A stretch of 64,000 nt of DNA from an uncultured delta proteobacterium (GTDB lineage Bacteria; Desulfobacterota; Binatia; UBA9968): positions 864,001 through 928,000 of the forward strand of contig CAVSHR010000005.1 of NCBI GenBank assembly GCA_963727625.1, written 5' to 3'. The notes under the pieces are model-generated. The model was given only the letters and a program-made list of their open reading frames with translations. It did no database searches and had not been told where the DNA came from. Below are positions 61,119-64,000 of the stretch, piece after piece (within the stretch, counting starts at the first letter, position 1; each line of letters starts with the position of its first letter). The translations under genes and the position numbers were made by a program.

Positions 61119-62081
61119 CTAACCGCGCCAGTCATAGTACAAACCGGCGTAATCTGTCTTGTAACTACCGCCTTGCTTGATGCCGCGCGGAAAAGTCGAC
61201 GCTGCCGGAAAATCGCCGCTACAATAAATCTCGAGCAGGTTTCCCGAGGGATCTCGGAAGTACATCAAAGCTTTCTTGCCGTCACGCGTCCACGGACCCG
61301 GCGTGACCACCCCGCGGGATTTGAGCCACTCGATCATCGGCAGGAAATTCTCCGCGTCGGCGTGAAACGCGTAATGCGGATATTCGACATCGCGCCCGGT
61401 GGGCTCGCCCCCGCGCGTCGACAAGCCGACGACCGCGCCGGCGACCCGAACCTCGGTGAATGTCTCCGGATCGCTCGTTGACATCGGTTCTCCGCCCAAC
61501 ACATCGATGAAGAAGCGCTTGGACTGTTCGATGTCGCACACCGGCATGCTGAGGTGACCGAAGGAATGGATGCGCGGGCGCTCGGCGGCATTTCCCACGG
61601 AGCCGTTCCATTGATACTGGAGCGCTTCCAACGGCAGCGGTGTCCCGCCCTGGCGGGGCCCGAGTGCCAGCTCGCGAATCTCTTCGTAGCCGCTGTCGCA
61701 GTAAATCTCGAGTAGATTGCCCGAAGGATCGCGAAAATAGAGGAGCGCAGTTTTGTAGTTTCGCGTCCAGCCGTGCCGAGGCACCGCGCATGCTTCGAGC
61801 CAGCGGCGGGCCAGCGCGAAGTTTCTTCCGTCGACATTGAGCCCGTAATGCGGGTACTCCACCGTCGGCCCCGTCCAACCGCCGGATTGCCGAGACATGC
61901 CGAAGATTATGTCGGCGATGCGTACCTCAGCGAATCCCCGAATGTCATGGATGAGTTCCCCACCCAAGACCTGGGTATAAAATCGCTTTGACTCTTCCAC
62001 GTCGCAGCAGGGCAGACTGACATGGTGCAAGGAAGAAAAGCGAGGTCGTTGATGTTGCGCGATTCGGGCGCTGCTCTCCAT
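61119..62081 (-). CDS. VOC-family two-domain protein
   Basis: Two H...EYPHY...YFRDPSGNLLE repeats; GGAGG RBS. Confidence 0.9.
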   Translation of the reverse strand: MESSARIAQHQRPRFSSLHHVSLPCCDVEESKRFYTQVLGGELIHDIRGFAEVRIADIIFGMSRQSGGWTGPTVEYPHYGLNVDGRNFALARRWLEACAVPRHGWTRNYKTALLYFRDPSGNLLEIYCDSGYEEIRELALGPRQGGTPLPLEALQYQWNGSVGNAAERPRIHSFGHLSMPVCDIEQSKRFFIDVLGGEPMSTSDPETFTEVRVAGAVVGLSTRGGEPTGRDVEYPHYAFHADAENFLPMIEWLKSRGVVTPGPWTRDGKKALMYFRDPSGNLLEIYCSGDFPAASTFPRGIKQGGSYKTDYAGLYYDWRG

Positions 62082-62183
62082 GGCTCGGCTCCTCCGGAGT
62101 GTGATGGTCCGACTATTACACGGACCGTGCTGCGTGAACAAGGTGCGACGCAGCGGGGGTCTTTTCAACCCGGTTGAGACCGC

Positions 62184-62210
62184 AAAACGCCGGGGATTTG
62201 CCCCGGCGTT
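62184..62210 (-). terminator. Intrinsic terminator
   Basis: AACGCCGGGG-CAAAT-CCCCGGCGTT then TT on the minus strand, 25 nt after the stop at 62236. Confidence 0.7.
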
Positions 62211-62235
62211 CTAGATTGCGCGTAAGATTTGAAGC

Positions 62236-62787
62236 TCAGGCGGCGCCGCGAAAGTTGGGGCGTTTCTCCACCACCATGGTACCCGCCTCGCTGTTGTAGC
62301 GGCCGCGCGCGATGTTTTCTAGATTTGTACCCGTGACGCGGATGAAACGCCCGCCGGCGGGGTAGGCGATGGAGTGGATGGCGCGGTTCTGGAAGATACC
62401 GGCCTGGCCGCGCTCCATGCGGTAGCTCTTCGCCTTTTCTATGGTCGCTTTGCCGGGAACCGAGCCGTCATCCGTACGCTTCCACTCGCTCATTTCAGTA
62501 TGTTTGACCGCCTGGCCGTAAATTGCCCAGGAGTCGCCATGATCGTGCGGTCCGCCGGCATAGTCCCGGTCCATGATATGCGCCAGGACCTGGAAGCCTA
62601 GCTCCGGGTCCTCATAGAGTAAATTTGTGCCAACGCTCGCGTTCGGCCCGCAATGGGCGACGACGAAATCCTCGTTCATCAGCAAGTCCTGCAATCTTTT
62701 CCGCACCGTTTCGCGCCCCCCCGGACCTGGGTCGGCCTTGAGGATGCGACGGCAGTCGGCGGCGAACTCATCGAACGTGTAAGCCAT
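62236..62787 (-). CDS. Cysteine dioxygenase-like cupin
   Basis: PHDHG..W and IH motifs forming a three-His pattern. Confidence 0.75.
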   Translation of the reverse strand: MAYTFDEFAADCRRILKADPGPGGRETVRKRLQDLLMNEDFVVAHCGPNASVGTNLLYEDPELGFQVLAHIMDRDYAGGPHDHGDSWAIYGQAVKHTEMSEWKRTDDGSVPGKATIEKAKSYRMERGQAGIFQNRAIHSIAYPAGGRFIRVTGTNLENIARGRYNSEAGTMVVEKRPNFRGAA

Positions 62788-62833
62788 GCTATTTCTCCTG
62801 ACGCATCGGAAATTAAATCAACTTGCGGCCCAG

Positions 62834-63064
62834 CTATTCTGCAGACAACTCCGGAACGTGCTCGTCTTCATACTTTTCGATAAGTACGCCGACAATTTCC
62901 ATAAGCGAAGCGAGAGGGTGCGATTCGTCTTCGCCGACTTCATCGACCAGTCGATCGAGCAAGGAAACCAATCTGTCGTATTCAGCTTCGGTGTGGGAAA
63001 CGAAAAGGGTGTCGGCCAGTGAAGACCACGCGTTTACGGTTTTGCCAACATCGAGATTCTGCAT
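62834..63064 (-). CDS. HigA-like antitoxin N-terminal domain (no HTH)
   Basis: EAEYD...LASLMEIVGVLIEKYE; directly downstream of higB. Confidence 0.75.
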   Translation of the reverse strand: MQNLDVGKTVNAWSSLADTLFVSHTEAEYDRLVSLLDRLVDEVGEDESHPLASLMEIVGVLIEKYEDEHVPELSAE

Positions 63065-63067
63065 GGA

Positions 63068-63355
63068 TCACTCCTTCCAACGGCCCTCGTCGTATTCGGC
63101 ATGGGTCAGCACGGCCCGGACATATATCTTTCGTCGATTGTAGTGGATCGCGGCGATCAATCGAACTTTGTTTCCTCCGGTATTGAACACCGTGAGTTTA
63201 CCAACTTGGTCCGCGGTTGGGAAGACGGCGTGAAGCTCGGCGAAATTTGAGAAGGTGCCGTTTTTCATATTTGCGTACCAACGGGCCAGGGCCGACTTAG
63301 TATCCGAAAATTTCTCGGCAAATTCATTGAGGCGTTTTCAAGTGATGACATGCAT
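63068..63355 (-). pseudogene. higB: HigB-family toxin with an in-frame TGA at codon 6
   Basis: MHVIT*KRLNEF...W...VFNTGGNKVRLI...LTHAEYD. Confidence 0.88.
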
Positions 63356-63409
63356 AAAGGTCATCCTGAAATAATAAATTTTCAGACGAACGCGACCCTC
63401 GATGAATAT

Positions 63410-63622
63410 CTAACGCACTTTCTCCAACTCGGCTAAACGACTCTTTGCCTGATTCGCGTAAGGCGAGTCGGGATATTCTTCGACGATCTGTCGATACAGT
63501 TTCGTAGCGTGCGGCCTGTTGTTCTGCTTCTCTTCCAACTGCGCCGTATCGTATAAGTCTTTCGCTTTGTCGCCGCAGCCCACGAGCAGCAGGAGCAGGC
63601 AGGCGGTAAGAAATCATCGCAT
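63410..63622 (-). pseudogene. Small TPR-like lipoprotein with an in-frame TGA at codon 3
   Basis: MR*FLTACLLLLLVGC lipobox, then AKDLYDTAQLEEKQ...IVEEYPDSPYA. Confidence 0.78.
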
Positions 63623-63723
63623 GCGGCTGAATTTCATCCTCACGCGTTAACTCAAACTGCGCCCTGCAGGTCGTCAATCCCTGCCTTGATTCTTTTTTGC
63701 GGGGACAACTTTAGCTTGCCGGC

Positions 63724-64000
63724 TCAGTCCCGGTAGGAGACGTCCTCGCGGTCGAGCATGCGCAGCAGGCTGGGCCAGGCGCGGTCGTCGCCGGCGGGGC
63801 GGCCGCCGGATGCGGCGATGATGTCGGCGGCGGGCATGGCCAAGGGCACACCTGCCGACTGCGCCAGGATCTGAAACTGACACGCCTTCTCGAGATAAAA
63901 GGAGGCGATGAACGCCTCGCACACGGTCTTGCCCGTTGTGATCCCGCCGTGATTGCGCAGGAGCATGACCGGCTTGTCGCCCAGGTCTTTGACGAGGCGC
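63724..64000 (-). CDS. Class II aldolase/adducin family protein, 5'-partial
   Basis: MLLRNHG...LEKACQFQ...WPSLLRMLDR adducin-like C-terminus. Confidence 0.88.
   Translation of the reverse strand, partial: RLVKDLGDKPVMLLRNHGGITTGKTVCEAFIASFYLEKACQFQILAQSAGVPLAMPAADIIAASGGRPAGDDRAWPSLLRMLDREDVSYRD

Overview
GC-rich bacterial window. The gene style (many ABC substrate-binding proteins, Rieske oxygenases, cupins, UbiD enzymes and TTGAAC-type intergenic repeats) is reminiscent of Candidatus Binatia; this is an inference. (1) 1-7.7 kb: 3' end of an NRPS (A-PCP-TE with an atypical GxCxG thioesterase), then three methyltransferases, an MBL hydrolase, a SnoaL-like protein and a decayed FAD oxidase. 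(2) 7.7-21 kb: transporters and catabolic enzymes. (3) 21.3-42.8 kb: a 21-kb single-strand aromatic-catabolism block with one ABC ATPase and permease, five Fe3+-type SBPs, one signal-less SBP-fold protein, three Rieske alpha subunits, two UbiD, three bicupins and one Gfo/Idh dehydrogenase. (4) 43-51 kb: a Mo-hydroxylase operon between two toxin-antitoxin pairs, with a REP-like palindrome inside the Mo-subunit CDS. (5) 51-59 kb: an AT-richer mobile/defence island with a RAYT remnant, a truncated group II intron abutting a RAYT REP-like motif, a PHP-ABC ATPase (Ppl/TrlF-like) coupled to a Schlafen/AlbA_2 protein, an orphan ORF and a 118-nt tRNA-Leu-like RNA whose anticodon loop is replaced by a 22-position hairpin. 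That RNA is the most unusual element in the window. (6) 59-64 kb: a lipase-like gene, a ~300-bp direct repeat and decayed higBA and lipoprotein genes. All calls are by eye from the sequence and ORF track; no searches were run.
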